Shown here piece after piece: positions 10,232 through 20,418 of a stretch of DNA of 64,000 bases (position 1 is its first letter; each line of letters begins with the position of its first letter). Position numbers and translations under genes: made by a program. The notes under the pieces are model-generated. The model saw nothing but the letters and a program-made list of their open reading frames with translations, searched no databases and was not told the origin of the DNA. Source of the DNA: Acidobacteriota bacterium (GTDB lineage Bacteria; Acidobacteriota; UBA890; WLXD01). Location of the stretch: assembly GCA_965205505.1 (NCBI GenBank), contig CBDBHB010000006.1, positions 64,001-128,000 of the forward strand. Direction: 5' to 3'.

Positions 10232-10919
10232 ACAGTGCCGCGAGCTCGTTCAGGCTTGCTATCGTGTGACTCGGCTGGTCGTTCTCGGTCTGCGGTCTCA
10301 GGCGGCGGAACTCGCCGTGTTGCATCCAGATCGTCGTCATCCCGAGCCTATTGCCGTCGCGAATCTCGCCGATCAGTCGGTCACCCACACAAATACAATG
10401 CTGCGGTGCCAGCGCGTGGTCCGCAACCAGCTCCCTGAATGCGTTGCGTTTGCTTTCGCCGGCGATCGACGACACCAGCCGTACGGCGCGGAAGAAACGG
10501 GTGATCGCTAGTCGTTCGAGCTTCCGTTGCTGGGTTTGCGGGTCGCCGGCGGTTACCAGGAACAGCGCGTGTCTGGGAGCGAGCGCTTCCAGCAGGTCCC
10601 GGCCGCCGGGGAGAAGACGTAGCGCCGTGACATCGGTAGTGAAGTAGGTACGCCGGCCGATCTCGATGATCGCCGAATCTCCGCCGCTGATCGACCCGAA
10701 GCGCTCCAGCGCGACGGCGAAGTAGTCTGCTCCTTCGCCGTGCTCGGCGAGTCGCCACATGAACTCTGCGGCCGTCGATTCGTCGGTATCGAGCCCGGCG
10801 GCGACCATGCGCGCGGCAGCTTGCTGCAACGCCGGACCGACCAGCGTTCCGAGCGTGTCGGCCAGGGTGTCGTCGAGATCGAAGAAAACAGCGTCGGCGC
10901 GGCGGAGTCGAAATGCCAT
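10179..10919 (-). CDS. HAD-family hydrolase
   Basis: FFDLDDTL motif I, LVT motif II, VGDR...I.DG motif IV. Confidence 0.88.
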   Translation of the reverse strand: MAFRLRRADAVFFDLDDTLADTLGTLVGPALQQAAARMVAAGLDTDESTAAEFMWRLAEHGEGADYFAVALERFGSISGGDSAIIEIGRRTYFTTDVTALRLLPGGRDLLEALAPRHALFLVTAGDPQTQQRKLERLAITRFFRAVRLVSSIAGESKRNAFRELVADHALAPQHCICVGDRLIGEIRDGNRLGMTTIWMQHGEFRRLRPQTENDQPSHTIASLNELAALFGVERATAGGGDAGASQ

Positions 10920-10996
10920 ACCATAGGATGGACGAGGCCATACGAGCACGGCAAACTCCGCCTCCCCGACGAACTGAACAGGCTGATGGAGGCTCC

Positions 10997-13318
10997 ATGC
11001 CCAGCCGGCGCACGTCTCGTGCCACCAAGTCGCTCCTTTTGGTGGGGCTCCTCCTGGTCGATACGGCCGCCGTCGCCGCTCAGCAGGCGCCGACAGCGTT
11101 GCGGCTGCTCGAGCTCGCCGATTACTACGAGATGGTCCGCACCGGTGACATCGAGGCCAGCCTCGACGGTCGACGTGTCGTTTTCTCGCGCACGCGTATG
11201 GACCGCGTTGCCGACGCCAGCGTGACCTCGTTGTGGGAGATGAGCCCTAGCGGTAGTGGCTTGCGCCGTCTCGTAGAGCCAGGGTCGCATCCGCGTCTGT
11301 CACCCGACGGCTCGTGGCTGGCGTACCTGCAAGACTCTCAAGTCTGGCTGCTGCCATTGAACGGTGGCGCGCCTTGGCGGCTGACCGACTTAGCGGAAGG
11401 AGTGACCGATTTCGCTTGGAGTCCGGATAGTGACCGCATCGTACTGGTGAGTCAGGAGTCCCGGGCACCGGGTCCTACGGCGTTGCCGATGCCCGGCGCC
11501 GTAGCCGAGCCGACTGCCACCGCGAAGCTGCTAGCGCCTGACCCGCCTGCGCTAGCGGAGCGACGCACGCTGCCCTGGGTAGTAATGCGGCTGCAGTCCA
11601 GACCCCACGGCATCGGGTACCTGAGCGCGCGGCGATATCATTTGTTCGTGGCTGACGTTCCTGACCACGCGGCGGCCCCGCTGCCGGTTCGTCGCCTCAC
11701 CGAAGGTCCGCAGGACGGCGCCTCGCCCACCTGGTCGGCTGACGGCCGATGGATCGCGTTCGTCTCGAACCGATCGGAGGAATCCGCCGTTGGCAACAAG
11801 TCAGAGATCTGGCTGGTGAGCCCGGAGGGCGAGCAGCCGATTCGGGTCACCAATAGCAGCGGAACCGAGGCTGTACCCGCTTGGTCGCCCGACAGCCGGT
11901 TCCTGGCCTATCGGTATACCCCCGACGACCCGCCCCTCTACGCCAACAGCCGATTGCGCATGATCGGTCTGTACCCCCCACAAGGCGAGGACGACGATGG
12001 TTCTGCGCCCGCCGAGCTTCAGATCGGAGAGCCACAGGAACTAACCGCCGAGATCGATCGCCCGATCGCTTCCGCGCCAGCCTGGTCTTCCGATCGGGCA
12101 ACGATCTATGTGACGATTCAGGACCGCGGGACCGTGCCGTTGTTGCAAGTGTCCACCGGCTTGACGCGTCTTGGTGAGCGCCGTCGCGGGTTCCTGGGTA
12201 TCGGGCGTCGTCGCGCCGCGCCAGCCGTTCCGGCAGGCACTGCGGGCGCCATTATCGCCGGACCGCGCGTGGTCGGCGCATTCACTCTCATCGGCGATGG
12301 ATCCCGGGTGCTGGCCGAGCTCTCGTGGGGAACCGAGCCAGCAGAGATCTACGCGGTTGCCACCGACGCGCAGCGGACGGCCGTACCATTGCGCGATCCG
12401 AACGCGCATATGCGACCCACCGCCTTGCCGCCGGCGGTCGATCTGGTACAACTCACGGAGCTCAACCAGCGGTGGCGTCGGACCATGCGGCTCGCGGAGC
12501 CGGAGCCGCTTCGCTTTTCTAGCGGCGAGGAGACGGTCATAGAAGGCTGGCTCATGCGGCCGCTGGACGCTGCCGAGGGTGCGCGACACGCGCTCATCGT
12601 TCGCCTGCACGGTGGTCCGATGGATCAGTTCACCTGGGCATTCTCCTGGGAGCGCCAGTGGCTCGTGGCGCAGGGCTATGCGGTGCTCTTTCTGAACCCG
12701 CGAGGCTCATCCGGGTACGGACAGGCGTTCGCGCATAGCCTGTGGACCGAGTGGGGAGGCGCCGATCTCGACGATGTGCTCGCCGGGGTGGATCACCTGC
12801 AGCAGCGCGAAGCGATCGACCCTGAACGGATCGGCGTTGGCGGCTCGTCCTATGGTGGAATCCTGACCAACTACTTGATCGCCAAGAGCGGCCGTTTCGC
12901 TGCCGCGATCTCGGGTGCCTCGGAGCCCGACAACTTCGCCTACTACGGCACCGACGAGTTGCGGCGCTGGTTTGAGCGAGAGCTCGGGCTCCCCTACGAG
13001 CCCGCCGTACGTGGGATCTACGAGCTGCTGGCGCCGATTCTCGCGGTTGACGACATTGTTACCCCGACGATGTTCATGCTCGGCGAGAACGACTGGCGTG
13101 CGCCCGCGTCGCTCAGCGAGGGCATGTTCGCCCGGCTACGCCGGCGAATGCTCGATGGCGGGCCCGACACCGGGCTGATTATCTATCCGGATGACGCCGA
13201 TCCGGTTGGCAAGCCGTCGTTCGTTATCGATCGATGGCGTCGGTACAAGGCGTGGTTCGACCGCCACCTGCTTGGCGACGACACGGCCGACCCGTTCTTC
13301 GGTGCAGGCGCCTGGTAG
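10997..13318 (+). CDS. S9 family peptidase-like protein with PD40 propeller (catalytic His apparently absent)
   Basis: Signal peptide, WSPD repeats, LHGGP, NPRGS.GYG, GSSYGG, GEND. Confidence 0.9.
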   Translation: MPSRRTSRATKSLLLVGLLLVDTAAVAAQQAPTALRLLELADYYEMVRTGDIEASLDGRRVVFSRTRMDRVADASVTSLWEMSPSGSGLRRLVEPGSHPRLSPDGSWLAYLQDSQVWLLPLNGGAPWRLTDLAEGVTDFAWSPDSDRIVLVSQESRAPGPTALPMPGAVAEPTATAKLLAPDPPALAERRTLPWVVMRLQSRPHGIGYLSARRYHLFVADVPDHAAAPLPVRRLTEGPQDGASPTWSADGRWIAFVSNRSEESAVGNKSEIWLVSPEGEQPIRVTNSSGTEAVPAWSPDSRFLAYRYTPDDPPLYANSRLRMIGLYPPQGEDDDGSAPAELQIGEPQELTAEIDRPIASAPAWSSDRATIYVTIQDRGTVPLLQVSTGLTRLGERRRGFLGIGRRRAAPAVPAGTAGAIIAGPRVVGAFTLIGDGSRVLAELSWGTEPAEIYAVATDAQRTAVPLRDPNAHMRPTALPPAVDLVQLTELNQRWRRTMRLAEPEPLRFSSGEETVIEGWLMRPLDAAEGARHALIVRLHGGPMDQFTWAFSWERQWLVAQGYAVLFLNPRGSSGYGQAFAHSLWTEWGGADLDDVLAGVDHLQQREAIDPERIGVGGSSYGGILTNYLIAKSGRFAAAISGASEPDNFAYYGTDELRRWFERELGLPYEPAVRGIYELLAPILAVDDIVTPTMFMLGENDWRAPASLSEGMFARLRRRMLDGGPDTGLIIYPDDADPVGKPSFVIDRWRRYKAWFDRHLLGDDTADPFFGAGAW

Positions 13319-13348
13319 CCGGCGCGCTAGCTGTGCATTCCGAGGACG

Positions 13349-15970
13349 TCAGGCGTGCGCTGGCAGAGCGCGTATGTGAGCATCCGGTGCGTTGGTCTCG
13401 AAGGTTCTCACCAGATGACGATGGCAGGTAAACGCGAGAATCTGGTGCCCCTCGCTGGCGTAGAGACTCAACAGCGCAGCGGTGGCGCTCGCGCGGTCGT
13501 CGTCGAAGTTCACCAGGATGTCGTCGGCTACCAGGGGTAAGGGAACCGCCTGGTTACCGTAGACCTTGGCGAGCGCAAGCCGCATGGCGAGATACAGTTG
13601 CTCACCGGTGCCGCGTGATAGCGCGCTCGGGGGCAGGCGATCGCCGCGCTCTTGCTCGACCTCCAGCCGGTTCTCGCCCAGAGGCGCGATGACGCGCGTG
13701 TATCGGCCGTCGGTCATCAACTGGAAATAGCGGCTCGCGAGGCGTACAACCTCGGGCTGTCGCTCGGCTTCATACTTGCGCTTGGCCTCATCGTAGAGTG
13801 CCGCGCAAACGGCGTGCCCGGCCCATTCGTGCAGCCGCTCGACAAGGTCGGTACGCTGTGTTTCGCGAGCTTGTAGCAAGTTTGGCAGCTCGACGTCATT
13901 TTCCAGATCGTCGCTTTGCTGGCGCAGCGCGCCGAGACTTTCGTTGATCGCATCACGGTCTGCGCGTGCCGACACCAGGTGGCCCTGGGCTTCACCGAGG
14001 GCGCGAGCGAGGCTGTCTGGATTCGTGGCCTCGAGGCGTCGTTGGAACTCTGCCGCACCCTCCTCTCCGGCGAGGGCACGCAGGCCAGCGCGCGCGCGTG
14101 CGTACTCGTCGAGGACGTGTCTAATGCGCTCGCGATTCTCCTCCACCGCCTCGACTTCGGCCTGCAGCTCTCCGATGGTGCTCAACAGCGGGTCGACCAT
14201 CTTCAGCGTGTCATAGCGCAGGTCCATCGCCTGCCGGTCGAGCTGTTCCAGAACCGACAGAACTGTCATACAGGCTCGCTGTAGCTCCGCCATGGCGGTA
14301 TCTACGGTGGTCTCCGCGGCCTGCGCGCGGCGGTCCTTGTCCTGGCTCTGACGCAACCGGTCCAGCAGGTCCAGTGCGCCCTGGGTTCTTAGTCCCCGGG
14401 GCAACCCCTGCTCGCGTAACCAGTCATTCCATTCGTCGGAAACCGTCGCCAGGGCGTCGTTGGCGTCGTTGTGGCACTGCCAGAGGTCGGCCTCGCGCCG
14501 AGCGGCGAGCGATTGGTCGGAACGACGGTGCCGTAGCCCGCGCTGGTACAACCAGGTCATCAAGATCCCGAGCAGCAGGCCTACGGACAGGATTCCGAGG
14601 CTGCTTGTGAGACGCGCCGGCGCCGGAACCAGAATCGCGGTCGCCGTGATCGCTGCGGCGATCAACCCCCAGGTCGACAGGAGGGTGCCGCGACCGATCT
14701 GCTCGCGGTTCTCGAGCATCGCCTGGTAGACGAGGTTGGCGTCGGTGGCGCGCGCGTCGGCGGTTCGGATCCGGGTCTCCGCTTCCTGGAAGCGTTCGCT
14801 CCATTGCCGAATCTCGTCGCGCACGGTTACGTCGGTGCGCGCTGCTCTAACGCGATCGAGAGACCATTCGCCGCCCATTTCCTCCAGGTCGTTGAACAGC
14901 GCGTGGCGAAGGTGTCGGGCCTCGCGCTGGCGCGCGTCCACCGTTGCATGAAGCTCCCGCAGCCGCTCGGCGTTGCTCATCAAGCCGCGAATGCGGCTGG
15001 CTTGTGTGAGCAGCGCCCGCTGCGCCGCCGACATCAGATCGAGCACCTCGACCCGCTCGGCGGCGGAGAGGTCGGACGATGCTTCCTCGACCGCAACTCC
15101 CGCCCCGCCCGCCGAGCTGGACGCGTTCTCGTTGGCCTGGGTCCGCACAACGTTTCCAATCTGCAGACGCGTAGGTGCGACCCCCACCGCCTCGAAGGTC
15201 GCTTCAGCCTCGAGCAGCTTTTGGTACTGCGGCCAGGCGGTTTCCAGGCGCGCGAGGTCGTCGTACTCTTCTTGGCGCCGCTCCAACGTCGCGTGGTGTT
15301 GTGCCCGACGTTCGAGTAAACGCTTGCGTCGCCTGGCGAGCTCGGCATGCGCGTCGGCATTTCGCTGGCGGTTTCCGAGTCGATCCTGCGTTGCCTCGAT
15401 ATCGTTCAGTAGGCGCGAGATTTCCGGCTTCTTGCCGCGCGGTCGATAGAGTCGTTCCAGCGCCTCCTGAATTTGCTGACGAAAGGCGACTGGGTTGAGC
15501 GTACCGGCTCCCATTCCGGCGCTGTAGATATGTCCGGCGACGTCCTCGGCCTGCAGCGTGTCGAGGCGTTGGAGCTCCTCGAGGCCGAATGCGAATACGT
15601 TCTCGTACAGCGTCTCGGTGGTATTTTGCAGCAACGATTCAAGCTTACCGGTCTCGAACTTCTTTCCATTCTCGCCTGTTACCATCGCCTCGCCGCGCGA
15701 AGTGCCGTCGTCGATGCGGGAGACTCGGTAGCCGGTGCCACTCGTCTCGAAGTCGATGAACCCGCCGTGTCGGCCGCCTCGTAGCGGCTCGTATCGGTGT
15801 GGGTCACCGCGCCGCTTGAAGCCGAACAAGACTGCGCGAATGAAAGCCATCAGCGTTGACTTGCCACCTTCGTTGGGTGCCAAAAAAACGTTCACGCCCG
15901 GGCTCAGATCCGATAAATCGAGGTCGTGCCAGACTCCGAAGCCGTCGATGCGTACCCCACGGAAGACCAC
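13349..15970 (-). CDS. YhaN-like AAA_27 ATPase (SMC/Rad50-like)
   Basis: APNEGGKSTL Walker A, long coiled coil with TM insert, LSRGTGEQLYLAMRLA, DDILVNFD. Confidence 0.9.
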   Translation of the reverse strand: MVFRGVRIDGFGVWHDLDLSDLSPGVNVFLAPNEGGKSTLMAFIRAVLFGFKRRGDPHRYEPLRGGRHGGFIDFETSGTGYRVSRIDDGTSRGEAMVTGENGKKFETGKLESLLQNTTETLYENVFAFGLEELQRLDTLQAEDVAGHIYSAGMGAGTLNPVAFRQQIQEALERLYRPRGKKPEISRLLNDIEATQDRLGNRQRNADAHAELARRRKRLLERRAQHHATLERRQEEYDDLARLETAWPQYQKLLEAEATFEAVGVAPTRLQIGNVVRTQANENASSSAGGAGVAVEEASSDLSAAERVEVLDLMSAAQRALLTQASRIRGLMSNAERLRELHATVDARQREARHLRHALFNDLEEMGGEWSLDRVRAARTDVTVRDEIRQWSERFQEAETRIRTADARATDANLVYQAMLENREQIGRGTLLSTWGLIAAAITATAILVPAPARLTSSLGILSVGLLLGILMTWLYQRGLRHRRSDQSLAARREADLWQCHNDANDALATVSDEWNDWLREQGLPRGLRTQGALDLLDRLRQSQDKDRRAQAAETTVDTAMAELQRACMTVLSVLEQLDRQAMDLRYDTLKMVDPLLSTIGELQAEVEAVEENRERIRHVLDEYARARAGLRALAGEEGAAEFQRRLEATNPDSLARALGEAQGHLVSARADRDAINESLGALRQQSDDLENDVELPNLLQARETQRTDLVERLHEWAGHAVCAALYDEAKRKYEAERQPEVVRLASRYFQLMTDGRYTRVIAPLGENRLEVEQERGDRLPPSALSRGTGEQLYLAMRLALAKVYGNQAVPLPLVADDILVNFDDDRASATAALLSLYASEGHQILAFTCHRHLVRTFETNAPDAHIRALPAHA

Positions 15971-15972
15971 CG

Positions 15973-17307
15973 TCAGTTAGCCTCGGTCGGGGCGAGGTGC
16001 TCGATAGCGTGGGCCTCGGCCTGGGAGACGATCTCTCTCCATCGGAGTGCGAGCCACGGGTCCGAGCCCAATGCTCGCGTTAGCCGCGGATTGTCGAGAA
16101 GCTCGGCGAGCTCGGCCCGCACGCTGGCACCGACCCCGCTAGGAACGCCGGCCGGGGGGCGCTCGTCGCCGACGGTGGCTGCGCTCGGGATTGGTGGAGC
16201 ATCTCGAATCTCCGCTGCGAGCCGAAGCATGTCCCCCAGGTAATCCTGCTGGTTACGGAGCCGTTCCATGTCGTGCGTCGCGCTCGTGGCGATGTCCAGA
16301 CGCTCCAGCCACACTGGGTCACCCTGGCCGCGTACTGCCTGCGCGGCGCGCAACACATGGCAGAGATCTGATTCGGTCGCCGGCCGGCAGAGCTCCGCAT
16401 GCAGGGGGCCGCTGCCGGTGAGGGTCCAGCGAACCAGGTGGATCCGACTCGGGGCCGAGCCGCGGATTGATCCTGCCAACTCGGCGAAAGTGCCGATGAG
16501 ATCGTCGATCACCTCGAGCTCGTCGATCGAAGTCCGGACACGATGCCAGCGCGCCACATCGCTCCATATCGGCTCCAGTTGCACACGGCCACTCTCGTCG
16601 ACAGCGACTAGCGTCGCGCCTCGCGCGCCGGGCTCGCGCGTATGGAGACCCTGCGGGTTACCGGGATAGTGAACAATCGGTGCCCGCGAATGCAGCGTCG
16701 CGCGGGTGTGAACGTGGCCGAGCGCCCAATAGTCGAAACCTGTTTCGGTGAGGTCGCTGAGCTGGCAGGGAGCGTAGGGGTCGTGGCCGACCTGGTCGCC
16801 GACGTTGGTATGCAGCACGCCGATCGCGAAGTCGCCATCGGGGTTGCGCGGGAAGGCCGCCGCGAGATTCTCGTAGGTGGCGGACTTCGGATAAGAAACA
16901 CCGTAGATTCGCGCTAGCTCGGTGCTGTCTCGAAGCAGCGGCACAGACTCTACGTCGGGTCCGAAAACGTAGGTCGACTCCGGCAACCGCACCCCGGTCG
17001 ACAAGGTCCCGAGCGGGTCGTGGTTGCCGGTCGCGATGAAGCTCGGTATGCTGGCGTCGTCGAGGTATTGCAGTTGCTCGCGGAGCTCGGCGTGAGCCCG
17101 CAGATTCCGGTCATCGGCGTCGAACAGGTCGCCGGCCACGATGACCGCATCGACCTCACGGTTGATCGCGGTGGCCACCAGTCGTGCGAGCGCTGCGGTT
17201 GGCGCATCGCGAAGCTGCTCGCGCAGGCGGCCTGGCAGTCGGCCGAGACCGCGCACCGGTGCCCCCAGATGAATATCGGCGCAATGCAGAAATGAAAACG
17301 CCTGCAT
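15973..17307 (-). CDS. YhaO/SbcD-like metallophosphoesterase (DNA repair exonuclease)
   Basis: ADIHLG, AGDLFD, GNHD, DYWALGHVH, YPGNPQG. Confidence 0.92.
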   Translation of the reverse strand: MQAFSFLHCADIHLGAPVRGLGRLPGRLREQLRDAPTAALARLVATAINREVDAVIVAGDLFDADDRNLRAHAELREQLQYLDDASIPSFIATGNHDPLGTLSTGVRLPESTYVFGPDVESVPLLRDSTELARIYGVSYPKSATYENLAAAFPRNPDGDFAIGVLHTNVGDQVGHDPYAPCQLSDLTETGFDYWALGHVHTRATLHSRAPIVHYPGNPQGLHTREPGARGATLVAVDESGRVQLEPIWSDVARWHRVRTSIDELEVIDDLIGTFAELAGSIRGSAPSRIHLVRWTLTGSGPLHAELCRPATESDLCHVLRAAQAVRGQGDPVWLERLDIATSATHDMERLRNQQDYLGDMLRLAAEIRDAPPIPSAATVGDERPPAGVPSGVGASVRAELAELLDNPRLTRALGSDPWLALRWREIVSQAEAHAIEHLAPTEAN

Positions 17308-17449
17308 GCGGACCACCCCGCTAGGTTCCGGACACGACATGCCCCCATTACGAGCCCGGACACCGTTCGCTAGAATGTCGACCAGTCACGTTGCACCATG
17401 AACGCGTGCCAACTCGGATCATAGTCTGAGCGCGCGCGGGGAGGTACCC

Positions 17450-19438
17450 GTGGAGAAACAGTCTCACTGTCCGCTCGATTGCCCCGACGCTTGTAGCTTG
17501 ACCGTCGAGGTCGAAGGCGACCGGGTTGTTGCGGTGGACGGTGACCGGCGCAACCCGCTCACTGACGGGTTTATTTGCAGCAAGGTGCGGGCGCTGCCCG
17601 AGCACTTGTACGGGAGCGAGCGCGTACTGGAGCCGCGGATCCGCGTCGGAGCGAAGGGCGCGGGTACCTTCCGGCCAGCGACCTGGGACGAGGCGCTGGA
17701 CTTGATCGCCGAGCGCATGCGCGATGTGGTAACTGAGTTCGGTGGTGAGGCCGTTCTGCCGCTCAGCTATGGTGGCTCCAATGGGGTGCTGACCCAGGAC
17801 ACCACCGATGCCAGGTTGTTCCGTCGCCTCGGCGCCTCGAATCTGGCACGCAACGTATGTGCCGTTCCGACCGGTCTGGCGGCGATGGGCATGTACGGCA
17901 AGATGCCTGGCGTCGCTTTCTCCGACTTTGCCCATGCCGAGCTCATCGTCATCTGGGGATGCAACCCTGCCGCTACCGGAATCCATCTTCTGCCGCACAT
18001 TCAAGAGGCGCGACGCCGCGGCGCCAAGATGGTGGTGCTCGATCCGCGCCGCAATCGGCTGGCGCGCCAGGCTGATCTGCATTTAGCCTTGCGCCCCGGG
18101 ACCGACGTTGCGGTGGCCCTCGCCGTGGCCAACTGGTTGTTCGAGAACGATCGAGCCGATCTCGAGTTCCTGGCCGACAATGCGCTTCAGGTCGAGGAGT
18201 TCCGCAGCCGCGCGGCGGAGTGGACGCTGCAGCGTGCAGCCTCCGTCGCCGGGATCGCGGCCGCAGAGATCGAGACGCTGGCGAGCTGGTACGCCGACTC
18301 CAGTCCGGCGGCTATCCGTGCTGGCTGGGGTATGGAGCGCAACCGCAACGGCTGCTCCGCGGTGGCTGCGGTATTGGCGCTTCCGGCGATAGCTGGCAAG
18401 TTCGGCGTCCTCGGCGGCGGGTACCTGCTCAGCAACGGCGGCGCGTTGCCGCTCGACGCAACGCTCGCCGCCAACGAGCCGCCAAGTAGTGCGCGCACGA
18501 TCAACATGAACCGCCTCGGACGTGTGTTGCTCGCTACCGACGACCCGCCCGTGAAGTTGCTGTTCGTGTACAACTGCAACCCAGCGTCGATCCTCCCGGA
18601 TCAGGAGCGTGTGCTCGAGGGGCTGCGGCGCAACGACTTGTTCACCGTAGTCTTCGAACAGGTAATGACCGATAGTGCGCTCTACGCCGACGTCGTGTTA
18701 CCCGCCACCGTCTTTCTCGAGCACACCGAGCTGCGCAGCGGTTACGGTGCGCTGGTCGTCCAGAAGGCGGACGCCGTGGTCCGCGCAGCTGGTGAGGCGC
18801 GACCGAACTACGAGGTCTTCGATCAGCTGTGCGCGCGGCTGGGATTGAATCGCGACGGCGATCCGCACGGTGCTGACGAGCTGTCCTCGGCGATTCTCAC
18901 CGACAATGGCTTTCGAGATCCGATCGCCCGTGAGGGCATCGCGATTCCCGACATCAACACCGGAGCTGTGCAGTTCGTCGACATGATGCCGCGCACGCCA
19001 GACGCCAAGGTTCATCTCGTGCCGGAAGCGCTGGATCGCGCCGCCATCGGCGGGCTCTACGCGTTTCGCCCCGATCCGGCCACTGCCGCGCACCCGCTGT
19101 CGCTCGTCTCGCCGGCGACCGGTCGCCGGATGAGCTCGACGTTCGGACAGCTACACCGCGGGCAGGTTGCGCTGAGCATCCACCCCGACGATGCATCGCC
19201 CCGCCGCATCGTCGATGGCTCGCGCCTACGCGTGTACAACGAGACCGGCGAAATGCACTGCCTGGCGAAGGTCACGGACCGGGTGCGGGTAGGCGTGGTG
19301 TTCATGCCGAAGGGACTGTGGAAGCACAACACCCTGAACGGGCGCACCACCAACGCACTGGTGCCTGACGACTACACCGATGTCGGCGACGGTGCGTGTT
19401 TCAACGATGCCAGGGTCGAGGTGGCGCCGCTCAGTTGA
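17450..19438 (+). CDS. Molybdopterin oxidoreductase family protein
   Basis: CPLDCPDAC...GFICSK Fe-S motif, WGCNP, YADVVLPA, C-terminal molybdopterin-binding domain. Confidence 0.92.
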   Translation: MEKQSHCPLDCPDACSLTVEVEGDRVVAVDGDRRNPLTDGFICSKVRALPEHLYGSERVLEPRIRVGAKGAGTFRPATWDEALDLIAERMRDVVTEFGGEAVLPLSYGGSNGVLTQDTTDARLFRRLGASNLARNVCAVPTGLAAMGMYGKMPGVAFSDFAHAELIVIWGCNPAATGIHLLPHIQEARRRGAKMVVLDPRRNRLARQADLHLALRPGTDVAVALAVANWLFENDRADLEFLADNALQVEEFRSRAAEWTLQRAASVAGIAAAEIETLASWYADSSPAAIRAGWGMERNRNGCSAVAAVLALPAIAGKFGVLGGGYLLSNGGALPLDATLAANEPPSSARTINMNRLGRVLLATDDPPVKLLFVYNCNPASILPDQERVLEGLRRNDLFTVVFEQVMTDSALYADVVLPATVFLEHTELRSGYGALVVQKADAVVRAAGEARPNYEVFDQLCARLGLNRDGDPHGADELSSAILTDNGFRDPIAREGIAIPDINTGAVQFVDMMPRTPDAKVHLVPEALDRAAIGGLYAFRPDPATAAHPLSLVSPATGRRMSSTFGQLHRGQVALSIHPDDASPRRIVDGSRLRVYNETGEMHCLAKVTDRVRVGVVFMPKGLWKHNTLNGRTTNALVPDDYTDVGDGACFNDARVEVAPLS

Positions 19439-20408
19439 TCGCCAGCTCGTCGAAGATCGGCTCGAGGTGGGCGTTGCTCAGGCCGTTTTCGTCGGCGATC
19501 GTCTTCACCGCCGGTGCGTGCGCCGAGTAGCTCGGCATGCGTGCGCCGAGTCGGGACGCGAAGCTGGTCACAGCACGGTTCTCGAAGAACAGGCCGGTCG
19601 GAATATAGTCGCCCCAGCGCTGTGACATCTCCATGAAGTCGCGCGTGCGCTCCCAGCGCTCGTCCTCCGACATCTCGGGCTCGATCACCGGATCGTAGTC
19701 GTCCGGCAGAGGTTGCACGCGCGGGCGCACCTCTTCGAGGTCCTTACCGGCGAACCAGTCCTTGGTGTGCAGGTTGTTGTAGGTCGGGCAGGGCTGCAGC
19801 ACATCCAGGAACGATAGCCCGGGATGCGAGATTGCTTGAACAAGCAGGCCCACCAGTTGTTTTACGTTGAACGAGTAGCCGCGTCCGATCCACGTGAACC
19901 CGCTGGCGTACGCCATCATCAACGGATCGAGCTTCATCTGAATGTTGGGCTCGGGAAGGCTCTTGGTCTGCATGCCCATCGGCATCGTCGGCGCCGCCTG
20001 CCCCTTGGTCAGGCCGTAGACCTCGTTGTTGAACATCACGTACGTCAGGTCGACGTTACGGCGCCCCACGTTCACGAAGTGACCCGCGCCGATGCCGAGC
20101 CCGTCGCCGTCGCCGCCGGCAATTAGCACCGTCAGCTCCGGGTTCGCCAGCTTGATCCCGGTGGCATACGGGATCGGGCGGCCATGCAATGTGTGCACGC
20201 CGTACGTGCCCATGTAATAGGGCGCCTTGCCGGAACAGCCGATGCCGCCGACGTTCACGGTCTTGGAGGGGTCGAGGCCGAGCTTGGCAGACGCCTGTTG
20301 CATGGCGTTGAGGATGCCGAAATCTCCGCAGCCCGGGCACCAATCATTGGGGCTCGCCTGCTGGAAGTCCTTGACCTTGTATTCCGTCTTGGTCGGTGTG
20401 GTGGTCAT
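19431..20408 (-). CDS. 2-oxoacid:ferredoxin oxidoreductase beta subunit
   Basis: WCPGCGDF, GIGCS, HGR, GGDGDG, NNEVYGLTKGQ, QPCPTYN. Confidence 0.95.
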   Translation of the reverse strand: MTTTPTKTEYKVKDFQQASPNDWCPGCGDFGILNAMQQASAKLGLDPSKTVNVGGIGCSGKAPYYMGTYGVHTLHGRPIPYATGIKLANPELTVLIAGGDGDGLGIGAGHFVNVGRRNVDLTYVMFNNEVYGLTKGQAAPTMPMGMQTKSLPEPNIQMKLDPLMMAYASGFTWIGRGYSFNVKQLVGLLVQAISHPGLSFLDVLQPCPTYNNLHTKDWFAGKDLEEVRPRVQPLPDDYDPVIEPEMSEDERWERTRDFMEMSQRWGDYIPTGLFFENRAVTSFASRLGARMPSYSAHAPAVKTIADENGLSNAHLEPIFDELAIN

Positions 20409-20418
20409 GTCAGCCTGC

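Noticed and set aside
14500-14700. Transmembrane segment inside the YhaN ATPase as a novel fusion
   Set aside because: TM inserts within the coiled coil are a known feature of YhaN-family proteins
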